In this document: piece after piece, positions 1 to 11,842 of the stretch | Layout of the letters: every line of letters begins with the position of its first letter | How positions within the stretch are numbered: the first letter of the stretch is position 1 | Assembly (NCBI GenBank): GCA_051294375.1 | Contig: CM119267.1 | Coordinates: forward strand, 4,505,438 to 4,569,437 | Reading direction: 5' to 3' | Length of the DNA stretch: 64,000 nt | From: Paraspadella gotoi | Taxonomy: Eukaryota > Animalia > Chaetognatha | Position numbers and translations under genes: made by a program | The notes under the pieces: generated by a model | The model's database searches: none | What the model saw: the letters and a program-made list of their open reading frames with translations, nothing else | What the model was told of the DNA's origin: nothing

Positions 1-2083
1 CTTCCCTCTCTTTTTCTTTTCTTTTTTCCTTTCTTTCTTTCCTTTCCTCCTTCCATCTATTTTTCTTTTCTTTTTTCCTTTCCTCCTTTCCTTTCCTACT
101 TCCTTCTCTTTTTATTTTTCTTCCTTTCCTCCTTCCTTNNNNNNNNNNNNNNNNNNNNNNNNNNNNNNNNNNNNNNNNNNNNNNNNNNNNNNNNNNNNNN
201 NNNNNNNNNNNNNNNNNNNNNNNNNNNNNNNNNNNNNNNNNNNNNNNNNNNNNNNNNNNNNNNNNNNNNNNNNNNNNNNNNNNNNNNNNNNNNNNNNNNN
301 NNNNNNNNNNNNNNNNNNNNNNNNNNNNNNNNNNNNNNNNNNNNNNNNNNNNNNNCCTCCTCCTCCTCCTCCTCCTCTGATATCCGATAATTTCAATAAT
401 GATTCAAGTTTAATTCTTTCGCCATTCGCCATCGTGTAGAAGAGATTGCCCATGAAGGTTTTCTCTCTCTCTCTCTCTCNNNNNNNNNNNNNNNNNNNNN
501 NNNNNNNNNNNNNNNNNNNNNNNNNNNNNNNNNNNNNNNNNNNNNNNNNNNNNNNNNNNNNNNNNNNNNNNNNNNNNNNNNNNNNNNNNNNNNNNNNNNN
601 NNNNNNNNNNNNNNNNNNNNNNNNNNNNNNNNNNNNNNNNNNNNNNNNNNNNNNNNNNNNNNNTCTCTCTCTCTCAGATTTCTAGGGATCGTTTGTTATA
701 ATGGGACTCAAGTGAACCGTCGCAAGTATATATTTTCTATTTCTTTCGAGTCAACGTCTCAATATTTATTTTATACATATATCGAAAACTTGTAGTGTAT
801 TCAACGTATTTAATTACCTAAATTCGGCAAAATTAAAAATATTAATTAGGTAAACAAGTAAAAAATGAAAACCGACTTAACTTAGCTTTAACAGAACCAA
901 CATTGCTCTGTAATACTGATTATATTTTTACTTTGCGCTAATGTAGACTCGTAAAATGTTCCGTTTTTTTAAAAGAAATGTTTGTATATATATATAATAT
1001 ATATATATCTATATATATATATATTAAAAAAAATATCTCTCCACATCGCTGTGTTTTCTTTCCGTCCCATAGTTTAGTCGATCCCTATCACCCCCCCTCT
1101 CTCTCGGCCCGATTTAGTCGATCCCTGGCCGTGCGCCGAGCATCTCGCTATAATCTTGATCTCTAGACATCGTGTGGGTGAGAAATAAACGAAGATACTT
1201 CTGGTAATGGTAATAAAAGCGATAAAAATAAATGAGTGCGCGCCGAGTGTATCTATAGATTTAATGTTGCATAATAGGCTCCGTGGTTGATGTTGTGNNN
1301 NNNNNNNTCGGCCTCGCTTTTCTGACGTTAGCGACGTAACGCGTCGCCACGAGATTTTATGTCTCGAACGTCAAAGACCGCGGTTTTATTTCGTGAGGCA
1401 GTTTTATATTTTCATTTCCGCTTTTCTTTTCTTTCTTTTAATGTTGCCTTACCTCGTTTTTCCTTACCTTCGCCTTCGGTCACGCGTCGTCGTCTCTGGA
1501 GCTTTAAAACTTTTTCCTTTGTTTCTTTCTTTTTCAATTTACCTCGCTTGATTTTTTTTTCTCTCTGCGTTGATGCTTCCTTATTCGCTCTCTCTCTCGT
1601 GGCATTGTTATTGACTCTGTATCTCTCTCTCTCTCTCTCTCGCGTCTGCTGCTCTCTCTCGTCCTTCTCTCTCTCTCTCTCTTCTCTCTCGTAAATTTCT
1701 CTCTCCTCCACTCTGTCACTCTTTTTCTGCTCTCTCTCTCTGTGCGTGCAGTTGTTAGTTGACGTCGTGTATCTCTCTCTCTCGTCTCTGGTCGTCTGCT
1801 CTCGTGCGGTCTCTTCTCTCTCGTCTGCTCGTCTCTCGTGACTCGTAGGTCCGTAGTCTATCTGCGGTGCTGCCTCTCTGCTCTGCTCGTCTCTCTCTCT
1901 CTCTCTCGTCTCTGTTCTCTCGTCGTCTGTCGTCGTCTCTGCTCTCTCTCTTGCGTTATGACTCCTCAGTTGCACGAGGCCACGGCACAGGCAGCACTTG
2001 CCCTTTATGCTTTCAGTTTCTGTCGTTTTCTTCCTCCGGTTCTTCATTCTTTCTGCTCTGCTCTCTCTGCACTTCTTCGACTG

Positions 2084-3320
2084 TTTTTTATCGATGTCTG
2101 CTTATCAGGCAAGATCCCGACGTCTATAGATGCTCACTTTTTAATAATCACTTTTTCGGTCCGGTCGGGTCCGCCCCTGCAATAGTTGTCGGCAGGCGAC
2201 GATTATATCAGGCATGTCAGACATCGTAATTATGGGACTAAATTATGGTCAAAAAAATGTATGTCCGTCCGTCCGTCTTGTCTTGCCGTGCCGGTGCCGT
2301 CGCGTGCCGTCCGTCCGTCGTCGTCGCGTCCGTGCCGTCCCACCTTTAAGAAAAAACACCGATGATTAGCTCGTGATTGGATGGATTGGATTTAAATTGA
2401 AAGTTTTTGGTGTGGAGTAGGTAAGTGTGGTGATTGAGCGGGATAGTTAAGTTTCGATGAATCGTTGCCGAGTGGATAATGAGTCTTAATTGGAAGAAAA
2501 CAAAAAAAATTATTACTTATTTGAACACCAATTGCTCGATGAGTGGCATGGGCTGATTGACCTGGAATTTTTGATTATGTGCTGGTTAGGAAAGTGTGTG
2601 ACTTGAACAGCGAAATCAAGTTTTCGATGGAATAGTTTGAGTGAAATGAGTTTTTAAATGGAAAAAAACAAAAACCTGTTTACTAATTATTATGCTTCGT
2701 TTTCCTTTTATATTAAGGATGTATCTTGCAGGATGTATTAATAAATCTAATATATTAATCAGTATTAATAATTTAGTAAATAAAATTAATCGAATAATTA
2801 TATTAATTAGTCAGATCATATCCGTCCCATCGCCGTCCCATCTTAGCAAAAACTCCAATAAACTCGTTGGATTGGCTGCGTTGGATTGGAATTAAATTTT
2901 GTTGTGTGAGGGAAAGTGTGTGATAAAGCTGGATTATTAAAATTTCGATGGAATCGTGTGAGTGGAAATTAGTTTTAAAATTGAAAAAAACATTAAGTTC
3001 GATTTACTAACAATCTTTTTACTTATTTTTAACTCAGATAAATACTCCAATTAATCATTAATTGGATGTATAGATTGGTTGGAATTTTGTGGGTGTTGTG
3101 GTTAGGAAAATCGTATGACGAAGCTGTTGATATAAAGTTTCAGGTGGAAAAACGTTACCAGTGGAAATGAGTTTAAGATGAAAAAAAATATAGTTACATT
3201 TACTTGAATCTTTTTATTTATTTTTAAAACACTCATGATAGATTGCAGATGATATATTTTGTGAGCCGGTAGGAAGTGAGGTGAAAGAAGCTAGATATAA
3301 AGTGTTTGACGCGATGCAGT
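2084..3320 (+). mobile_element. HINE-like element copy with several internal tandem units
   Basis: Same 5' motif (degenerate), GTCCGT repeats near 2262-2340, and repeated GATTGGATGGATTGG...GAGTGGAAATGAGTTTTAAAATGGAAAAAA units. Confidence 0.55.
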
Positions 3321-6300
3321 TGGAAAAAAATTATTTGCAAGTTGAAAATATGCAAGTTAAAAAATCTTAAAAGCATAAGGATCGTCGCTATTGCCATTCA
3401 AAGGTTTCCTGCGCTTACTAAACGTTGCGCATTTAGGAACAAAAAACGACTCTTTCCACTATTGTTTCAGTTGTTACTAGTTAAATGTTAAATTACTTTG
3501 CTACCACTCAAGCACAAATTAGGCCAAACGAAGGATTGGTTTTAGAAACCATCTCCACTCGTTTCTAATGATAAAGAGTTTACCATTTTGGCAACTTTTA
3601 GGAAAGAGGACAGAAAGAGCGGTAGTGTCCATTTTTTGTCCATTTTTACTTACGAATGTCTGATTTGGAATGCCAAGGAAAGTTGTGAGAAAATTTTTTG
3701 CTTTGAAATGCCGTTCTTTTTGCTTATCTTTCTTTACCCTGGGTAAATTTATTAGCTTAAATCAGTTTATAGTTTGGCTATGAATTAATTTTAAAGTTGA
3801 AACAATGTCAAAAAGTTCAGTTTTCAGTCGTTTATCATAATTTGTTAAACAAAAGATAGGATCGAAGATTGTAAAGTTAACAGAAAATATAGTGCTATTG
3901 AATAAGCTTTGTAACACCTAGTAAAATTATGCAAAAAAACTTTTTTGGTTTAGCCACAAATAATGTTTTAAAAGACGTATTTTTTAATTTGGACTTTTTG
4001 TGACTTGCATTATTTTTGATAAAGAGGAATGATTTTCAACTCATTTATTAGTTGTAAAAGATGAGGTACATACTGACCTTGATTAATTAAAAAAAAACCG
4101 CATCCTTTTAACCCAATTGCGGAAAGGCGTGCGAACCCTGTGTTTTTTCTCAAGAGTGCGAGGCGGAGGATTTTGCGAGAAGATCTGTCGATTGTGAGCG
4201 TGAAGGTTGCTATAGGCGAGCAAAATCTGAAAAAAAAGATCCATGCGGTTTACCGTTCATTTTCTTTCTGATAATGCATTTTAAAATTATTTATTTGATT
4301 GGCTCAATGTAAACGTTAGTGAGAGGATAGGAACAGGGAAAACAAGAAAAGGAGAAGGGAGGAATGAAAGAGAGGCGTTGAAGAGGCAAGAAGAGACGAG
4401 GAGGCANNNNNNNNNNNNNNNNNNNNNNNNNTCTCTCTCTCTCTCTCACTCTTCACTCTTTTTCTCTTTCCTCAAGTTTCACTGCTGTCACTTTTACCGT
4501 TAGTTTCATAACACGCTCTCCGATTTTGTCCCTTTTGTTTCAATTTTCTTTTTGCCCTTTTCATTTTTCTAATTTTTTTTCATTCTTTTCATTCAACTTC
4601 TTTTTAGTTGCGCCGCGAGTACTCGCAAAGCAACTCTATAAATCACTTTTTGGTCGGTCTGTCGGTCTGTCTGTCGGTATATTCCACTTACATTAAAAAT
4701 GAATATAATTTGCTTAAAGTTAGTTGCTCATTTGTTAAGACAGAAAAAAACTCAAATCTAAGNNNNNNNNNNNNNNNNNNNNNNNNNNNNNNNNNNNNNN
4801 NNNNNNNNNNNNNNNNNNNNNNNNNNNNNNNNNNNNNNNNNNNNNNNNNNNNNNNNNNNNNNNNNNNNNNNNNNNNNNNNNNNNNNNNNNNNNNNNNNNN
4901 NNNNNNNNNNNNNNNNNNNNNNNNNNNNNNNNNNNNNNNNNNNNNNNNNNNNNNNNNNNNNNNNNNNNNNNNNNNNNNNNNNNNNNNNNNNNTGGAATCA
5001 CCGTTCTAGTTCCCTTATCCGCCTGTTTTTTTTTAAGAAATTTCTTTATTTTGATCAACTGCCGTTTAATGACTTTCCGTATTTCTATGCGAGTGATTAT
5101 GACTTTTTTACAATTGAGGTATATCACAAAAACCTCCATGTACCACGCCATGTACTCCCCGAGAATTAATAAACCGGACGTTGTCCTGTTTTGAAATTGG
5201 TACAACCAATATACAAAATATCCATCCATTTAGTCAATAAGCTATCTAATATTAATATATAATATATAATATATTATTATATACAATTTTATATTGGTTG
5301 TACAAATTTCATGTGTCTCCCCTCGTTTCTCTGATCACCTCCCTGTCACAGTTTCACACCCGTTCCCCTTTTTTGCTTCACTTTCTTCTCCATTCTTCAT
5401 TCTTTCTTTATTTCCTACCCACCATTTTCCACTCGCCTCCCTTTTTCGTTTCACCACCGCCCCTTCCACCCACGCCCACGAGGGCATAATTCCACATGAT
5501 CCTCGAATGTACGAAATAAATGATAATCTTTCCCGCGCGTCGTCGACTTTTGCGGCCCGAGATTTCTTCGCTCTCTCTTTCGCTCGCGCGAACTAAAAAA
5601 AAANNNNNNNNNNNNNNNNNNNNNNNNNNNNNNNNNNNNNNNNNNNNNNNNNNNNNNNNNNNNNNNNNNNNNNNNNNNNNNNNNNNNNNNNNNNNNNNNN
5701 NNNNNNNNNNNNNNNNNNNNNNNNNNNNNNNNNNNNNNNNNNNNNNNNNNNNNNNNNNNNNNNNNNNNNNNNNNNNNNNNNNNNNNNNNNNNAGAGGCTG
5801 GGTATAGGGGATTTGATTTGATTCGGAGGGGAGTGTGGCTTAGAGCGTTCGAAGATAATAAAATATAAGATAATATATTCCATTCATAAGTATTTTACTG
5901 TAATAAGAATTCGATGGTGATGACCATTTTTTTGTATAATTTCATCTTTCTTGTCGGAAATGACGATTTTTAATGTATATAAAATGCTAATAAAATAGCG
6001 CAAACATTGTAAGTTATTAAAAGAACGAAAAAAAGAAAAAGAAAGAAAGAAAAAAAAAGAGAAATAAAGAAAGAGAGAAAGAAAGAAAAGAAAGAAAGAA
6101 AAGAAAGAGAGAAAAGAAAGAAAGAATAAAATGATCGGACCTTAGATGGCGCTCGACAACAGCGCCCACGCTCGGCGACGAGGTGGACTAAAAGCGACGA
6201 GACCAGATCGACTGATCTCGGTTGAGGTTGTTTATTTGATGACTCTCTCTCGCTCTCTGTCGGTCTAAGAGTCATCATCATNNNNNNNNNNNNNNNNNNN

Positions 6301-7308
6301 NNNNNNNNNNNNNNNNNNNNNNNNNNNNNNNNNNNNNNNNNNNNNNNNNNNNNNNNNNNNNNNNNNNNNNNNNNNNNNNNNNNNNNNNNNNNNNNNNNNN
6401 NNNNNNNNNNNNNNNNNNNNNNNNNNNNNNNNNNNNNNNNNNNNNNNNNNNNNNNNNNNNNNNNNNNNNNNNCGTTAATTCAAACAAAAATAAATGTAAC
6501 TTCTTTCCTCAAATCCATTCGACCTCTTATCTGACTCCATCAACATTAACATTAACATCAACATCNNNNNNNNNNNNNNNNNNNNNNNNNNNNNNNNNNN
6601 NNNNNNNNNNNNNNNNNNNNNNNNNNNNNNNNNNNNNNNNNNNNNNNNNNNNNNNNNNNNNNNNNNNNNNNNNNNNNNNNNNNNNNNNNNNNNNNNNNNN
6701 NNNNNNNNNNNNNNNNNNNNNNNNNNNNNNNNNNNNNNNNNNNNNNNNNNNNNNNNNNNNNNNNNNNNNNNNNNNNNNNNNNNNNNNNNNNNNNNNNNNN
6801 NNNNNNNNNNNNNNNNNNNNNNNNNNNNNNNNNNNNNNNNNNNNNNNNNNNNNNNNNNNNNNNNNNNNNNNNNNNNNNNNNNNNNNNNNNNNNNNNNNNN
6901 NNNNNNNNNNNNNNNNNNNNNNNNNNNNNNNNNNNNNNNNNNNNNNNNNNNNNNNNNNNNNNNNNNNNNNNNNNNNNNNNNNNNNNNNNNNNNNNNNNNN
7001 NNNNNNNNNNNNNNNNNNNNNNNNNNNNNNNNNNNNNNNNNNNNNNNNNNNNNNNNNNNNNNNNNNNNNNNNNNNNNNNNNNNNNNNNNNNNNNNNNNNN
7101 NNNNNNNNNNNNNNNNNNNNNNNNNNNNNNNNNNNNNNNNNNNNNNNNNNNNNNNNNNNNNNNNNNNNNNNNNNNNNNNNNNNNNNNNNNNNNNNNNNNN
7201 NNNNNNNNNNNNNNCTCCTCTCCCCCTCTTCGTCCCCCCCACCTCTTTTTCCGTTTCCGTGATCCATTTGTTTTTTCTTCTCTTCGTTTATGGTTTTCGT
7301 TGTTTCAC

Positions 7309-7455
7309 CTCCAACGTGACTCCTCTTCCGGTCGGCGTTGCATTAGGCGGCGTCACCGGGGCCGGGGCGTCGGCCCGGCCGCTCGTCCGGCCGCTCCTCC
7401 GGCCGCTTTTTCTCGGCCGGCCTCTCGGCGTCGCAAAAAATTCTTTAATCCTCAT
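7309..7455 (-). CDS. Possible coding exon with an AT-hook-like motif
   Basis: ATG at 7455 gives MRIKEFFATPRGRPRKSGRRSGRTSGRADAPAPVTPPNATPTGRGVTLE with donor GAG|GTGAAA. GC-rich island; polypyrimidine acceptor upstream near 7663. Downstream exons obscured by gaps. Confidence 0.3.
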
Positions 7456-7543
7456 TTGATACCAAATCCGGAGAACCTTTCATTTCTTTTCATTTGGTCC
7501 TTACTTAAGAGACGGGGAGAGAGAGAGAAAGAGAGAGAGAGAG

Positions 7544-7589
<46 letters not shown>

Positions 7590-8622
7590 TGTGTGAGAGA
7601 GCCCCGTGTGTGTTTATGGTTTCTTTCTCCGTTTTTCCTTCTTACTACGGAATCGGAAACGCTGCGGTGGCAGAGGAGGAGGAGGTGAGAAAAGGTGAGG
7701 AAAGAAGGCAAGAGGAAAGGACGTCAAGGGTCGGGCCTTGAAGATACTTGGCTCGTTTTAGATGGGATGTAATCGCAATGTGTAAAATTATATATTCTAT
7801 GAGATGCAAAGAATAATAATATGTTTAAAAAGCAATGATTAAAAGTTAAAAAGTAAAAATCAAAGTAAACGAATCTCGTTGCAGCAGGTGTCGTTTCACA
7901 TTAGGGTGGTTTTTTTTTTTAGAAAAAAAGAATTATGAAAAATAAACAAGATCGGTTCATCCAATGTGTTGCGCCGCAGTGACATGACATGGCTACAATA
8001 ATTTTTTTTTTTTATAACACGCACTGCATCGGAATTCTGTCTTTTATTCTTTATAGTTTTAGAATTTCCTGAAGTACTCGCGGCCCAATTAAAATTTTGA
8101 TAGCCGAAAAATCCAAATGAGAAGCGTTTTCCTCGTAAATCAATGTAAAACACTTGTTGTGTGATTGACGTTCAGATTAAAAGGATTTTTGAATTAAGTG
8201 GAAAACAATCACTCAAAATTTGATAAAAACTGAAATCGTGTATAAAAACGAAAAAATTGACATTTTCTGTTGCACATTTAAATAAAAAAAAGCGGAATCT
8301 CGGCTCGATTCCTTTCAGGTTGTTCGATTATTTTAATCTGATAATAATTTATCTATTTACTTCATTTATTTAATGCCAAATTTTTATAATAATTTTGATA
8401 GTTTTTTTAATATTTTTTATTTAAAATTTATTCGTAAAGAAGGTGCGAATTATTTTTTAAAAAATATTCACTTTTGCTCATTATTTTTTTCATCGCTCTT
8501 TCATTTAAATTTTAGTTTTTTTCTTTTGTTATTCTTTTCTCCCTCTGTTATTGTTGATGTGTATTATTAATACATAAGCCTCACAATTGAAATGCTCCCT
8601 CTCTTTTCAGCAACGAAGCAAA

Positions 8623-8716
8623 ATGACGCCCAACGGAAAAAACCTCCTTGCGATTTTGTTGTTCGGTTTTGTAAGCGCAATCATGTGCTTACCCGCATCG
8701 GACCGCTTTCCAACGG
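8623..8716 (+). CDS. Signal-peptide exon of a secreted cysteine-rich mini-protein gene
   Basis: ATG at 8623 gives MTPNGKNLLAILLFGFVSAIMCLPASDRFPT+G, with a perfect donor G|GTAAGT at 8717 (phase 1). An upstream acceptor TTTTCAG ending at 8610 suggests a 5' UTR intron. Confidence 0.8.
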
Positions 8717-8797
8717 GTAAGTTAGATCTCACCTAGTTCTATTATTTAACAAAGGTTCTTTCAACAAAAAAATAGTAGTCTATTAAAACACTCTCAG

Positions 8798-9006
8798 TGG
8801 CGCCCAAAAACGCCCAGTTTCCGGAGCTGGTCGACAGGCAGCACTGTATGAACGCCTGCATCGACGCCGAAATATCAGGCGACGAGCTGGACGCCTGTCA
8901 GAGCGACTGCATCTGGCGTTGCGTGCATTTTTGCCGCGAGAATTATCCAGAGGGCGACAAGCGGGTTCCCAATTGCCAATACTATTGTTTGAGAGAGTGG
9001 CACTAG
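8798..9006 (+). CDS. Terminal exon A: 8-Cys (CxxxC)4 mini-protein, EGD variant
   Basis: Acceptor CTCTCAG|TG (phase 1, 81-nt intron) gives VAPKNAQFPELVDRQHCMNAC...CQSDCIWRCVHFC...YPEGDKRVPNCQYYCLREWH*. GC-rich coding island; AATAAA at 9069. Spliced product is 100 aa. Confidence 0.82.
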
Positions 9007-9347
9007 CGAAGTGGGAAGCTTTAAGATTTTCAACTATTGTCCAAGAGTTTATTGTTTCGTTTTTTATGAATAAAAATAAAAAGATATTATGAATCTTTCG
9101 TATATTTATTTCCCTGAGATAAATTGATAATAATGAGATTATACTAGCCTTGACTGCAATATTAAATAGCTTTTCTTAAAAAGTAGATTACTGCTTACTC
9201 TCCGGCAAATTTAAAATCACAAAACCTGTGGTTATGAAGCCACCGAAACGTCTGGCCCATTTTGACGTAATAATTACATAAAATGTGATAGTTAAGAATT
9301 ATTTCCCAGAGTGCTCACCTTCACAGTTTACACAATCCCTGTACCAG

Positions 9348-9553
9348 CTCTCCCTGACAACATCAAGTTCCCGGAACTGCTGGAGCGGCAGCACTGCCTC
9401 AACGGCTGCATCGACGACGGCTTTGAGGGTGACGAGCTCTTTTCTTGTCAAGACGACTGCCTCTGGAGCTGCATGCGGGCCTGTTATAATAACTATCCTC
9501 GCGGCGACAAAAGAGTTCCAAATTGTCAGTACGACTGTCTCTATCCGCTGTAG
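9348..9553 (+). CDS. Terminal exon B: paralogous 8-Cys (CxxxC)4 mini-protein, RGD variant
   Basis: Acceptor GTACCAG|CT at the position and phase homologous to exon A gives (A)LPDNIKFPELLERQHCLNGC...CQDDCLWSCMRAC...YPRGDKRVPNCQYDCLYPL*. 40/68 residues identical to A with no gaps. AATAAA at 9607. Confidence 0.78.
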
Positions 9554-10422
9554 GGTTAACTGAAAAACAGATTTTTTCTATTGTAAAAATACTAATCAAT
9601 AATTTGAATAAATTAATTCTGTCTTACAGTTATTTTATTTTTTTTTTGTATACCTCACCGTAACCGCAATTATGACTACTTTGACAATTGACTAGTGGCC
9701 TAGCCGTTGACTTTTGTTCAATGTTTAGTCCTTTACGATTGCAAAAGATGTCTCTTTAGTGTATAAGCCGCAGAAAAAAAAGAAAAAAGATCAATCGACC
9801 GGTTCATATTGAAGAAATAGAAAAAATGTTGAAAAAATCGGCAGGATCTTTAAGTTTTACATCGAAACTCACTTTACTCTAAGTATCTTTTTATTTCTAA
9901 AAAAAGATTGTTTATACAAATCCGTCTTCTACTTATAGTTGTTATTTCCCTCACAGTACCGCATTTTTAAATAATAGATGCTTTAGGGCGTCTTTTTTAA
10001 ATAATATTTCTCAGTGCTAGAAATAAACACTTTGGACACTTAGCAAGCCGTTAGTTTCGCTTATAAATTTGACCTTTGAACAGTTTGTTTATGGCGACAC
10101 TTTTACCAAGAAGGTAAAAAAAATTCTAACAGGAAGCATTAAAAATTTTTTTTAAATCTTTTAAGAAATAATAAACAAATAGAAGCGACTGATACGAGGA
10201 ATTCGCAGCTCAATTTGTGTCGCACAAAAAAATAGCCAAAAAAAATAGAAATGTGTAATTTATTCCCTCTGACCTAAAAAGTTATTGAAACATTAAAAAA
10301 AAATATCACTCATTGATCTTTTTTTAGGTCATGGAAGCGCGAGTCTTGTTGTCGAAAGTTGTCATCATGATTTTGAATCTGAGCCTCAGATGAGCAGAAT
10401 TTATTCCCTATTCGATCACGAG

Positions 10423-10458
<36 letters not shown>

Positions 10459-10900
10459 TCTCTCTCTCTCTCTCTCTCTCTCTCCTCTCTCTCCTCTCCC
10501 CCCTTCTCCCCTCCCTCACTCCCGCTCCCCCGAGAGGTTCTTTTCCGTGCTAAAAACTCGGGTGTCCAAACAACGTATTTTTCAAATCACCGACTTTTGC
10601 CTTAACCAAAACTTCGTACATCTCAATTCTTTTTAATTTTCTTTTATTTCTTTGACTTTCTTTACCTCAACCTCTTTATTTTTTCAACCCAGTACTTGTT
10701 TCAATTTCACATTCTTCGCTATAATTCATTCCCTTCTCCCTCAGCCTCCGCCTTTCCACTTCTCTCCCCCCTATCGACTCATTACCCCCCCCCCCACCTC
10801 TCCCCAAACGTTTCGTCGATTCGTATCATTTTTTCTAATCTTTTTTTTTTCGCGATGGAAACTAAATCATCTCTCTCTCTCTTTCTCTTCTCTCTTCTCT

Positions 10901-11018
<118 letters not shown>

Positions 11019-11242
11019 CCCCCAAAAAAATATTTAAATAAAGTTTTTTCAACTTTTTAACTTCTTTATATTTTAACAAAACGAAGGACCAGTATGCTTA
11101 TAGTTCTTCGCTGGCCCATAAGAACGATTGACTTTTTAAAAATCAAAACGTAAAACCGTCATTCTTTTCTCTTTCGAACAATATTTTTAATTAAAATTAA
11201 TATAAATAAAAAATACAAACCAGAAATCTCTAAAACGACATC

Positions 11243-11533
11243 ATGAAACTACAGCTTTACATTTCGATTGGAATCATCGCGATGTTCATTTGTCTAACTT
11301 CGTCTCAATCAACGACGANNNNNNNNNNNNNNNNNNNNNNNNNNNNNNNNNNNNNNNNNNNNNNNNNNNNNNNNNNNNNNNNNNNNNNNNNNNNNNNNNN
11401 NNNNNNNNNNNNNNNNNNNNNNNNNNNNNNNNNNNNNNNNNNNNNNNNNNNNNNNNNNNNNNNNNNNNNNNNNNNNNNNNNNNNNNNNNNNNNNNNNNNN
11501 NNNNNNNNNNNNNNNNNNNNNNNNNNNTGATGG
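11243..11533 (+). CDS. Signal-peptide exon, paralogous to the 12488 exon (body hidden by an N gap)
   Basis: MKLQLYISIGIIAMFICLTSSQSTT runs into Ns, with a GTGAGT donor at 11534 just after the gap. Shares the KLQL...SxQ-like pattern with MNLKLQLSLFLLLCLLFLLSSGQ. Confidence 0.5.
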
Positions 11534-11842
11534 GTGAGTAAACGATGGATGACTCTTGCGTAAGAATTATCTTTCGATTATTGGAATCCAGTTCAAATTT
11601 TAGACGATTTATTCTATAAAATTATTATTTTTTATTCATATTTTAATTATTCTTTTATCAATTCGCGCGGATGAAGTCTTTCAAGTTTATTACGAATGTT
11701 GAAAAAATTGTGAATATAAAGTTTCTATCAACGAATCATCCACAACTTGAAGTTTAAATAATCTTAACTTAACCCGAAATACCAGATTTAAACGGAAAGA
11801 GAAAACTTTTCACTAATGACTCTTAAGTTTAATTAGCGTTAA

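Noticed and set aside
1359-2229. Long ORFs rich in RE/LS dipeptides, here and at 10.3-11.1, 17.9-18.4, 50.3-50.9 and 62.3-63.9 kb
   Set aside because: Translations of (GA)n/(CT)n microsatellites, which lack stop codons; no domain or splice support.
10331-10393. Short signal-like ORF MEARVLLSKVVIMILNLSLR after a TTTTTAG acceptor
   Set aside because: Stops after 20 codons with no convincing donor or continuation.
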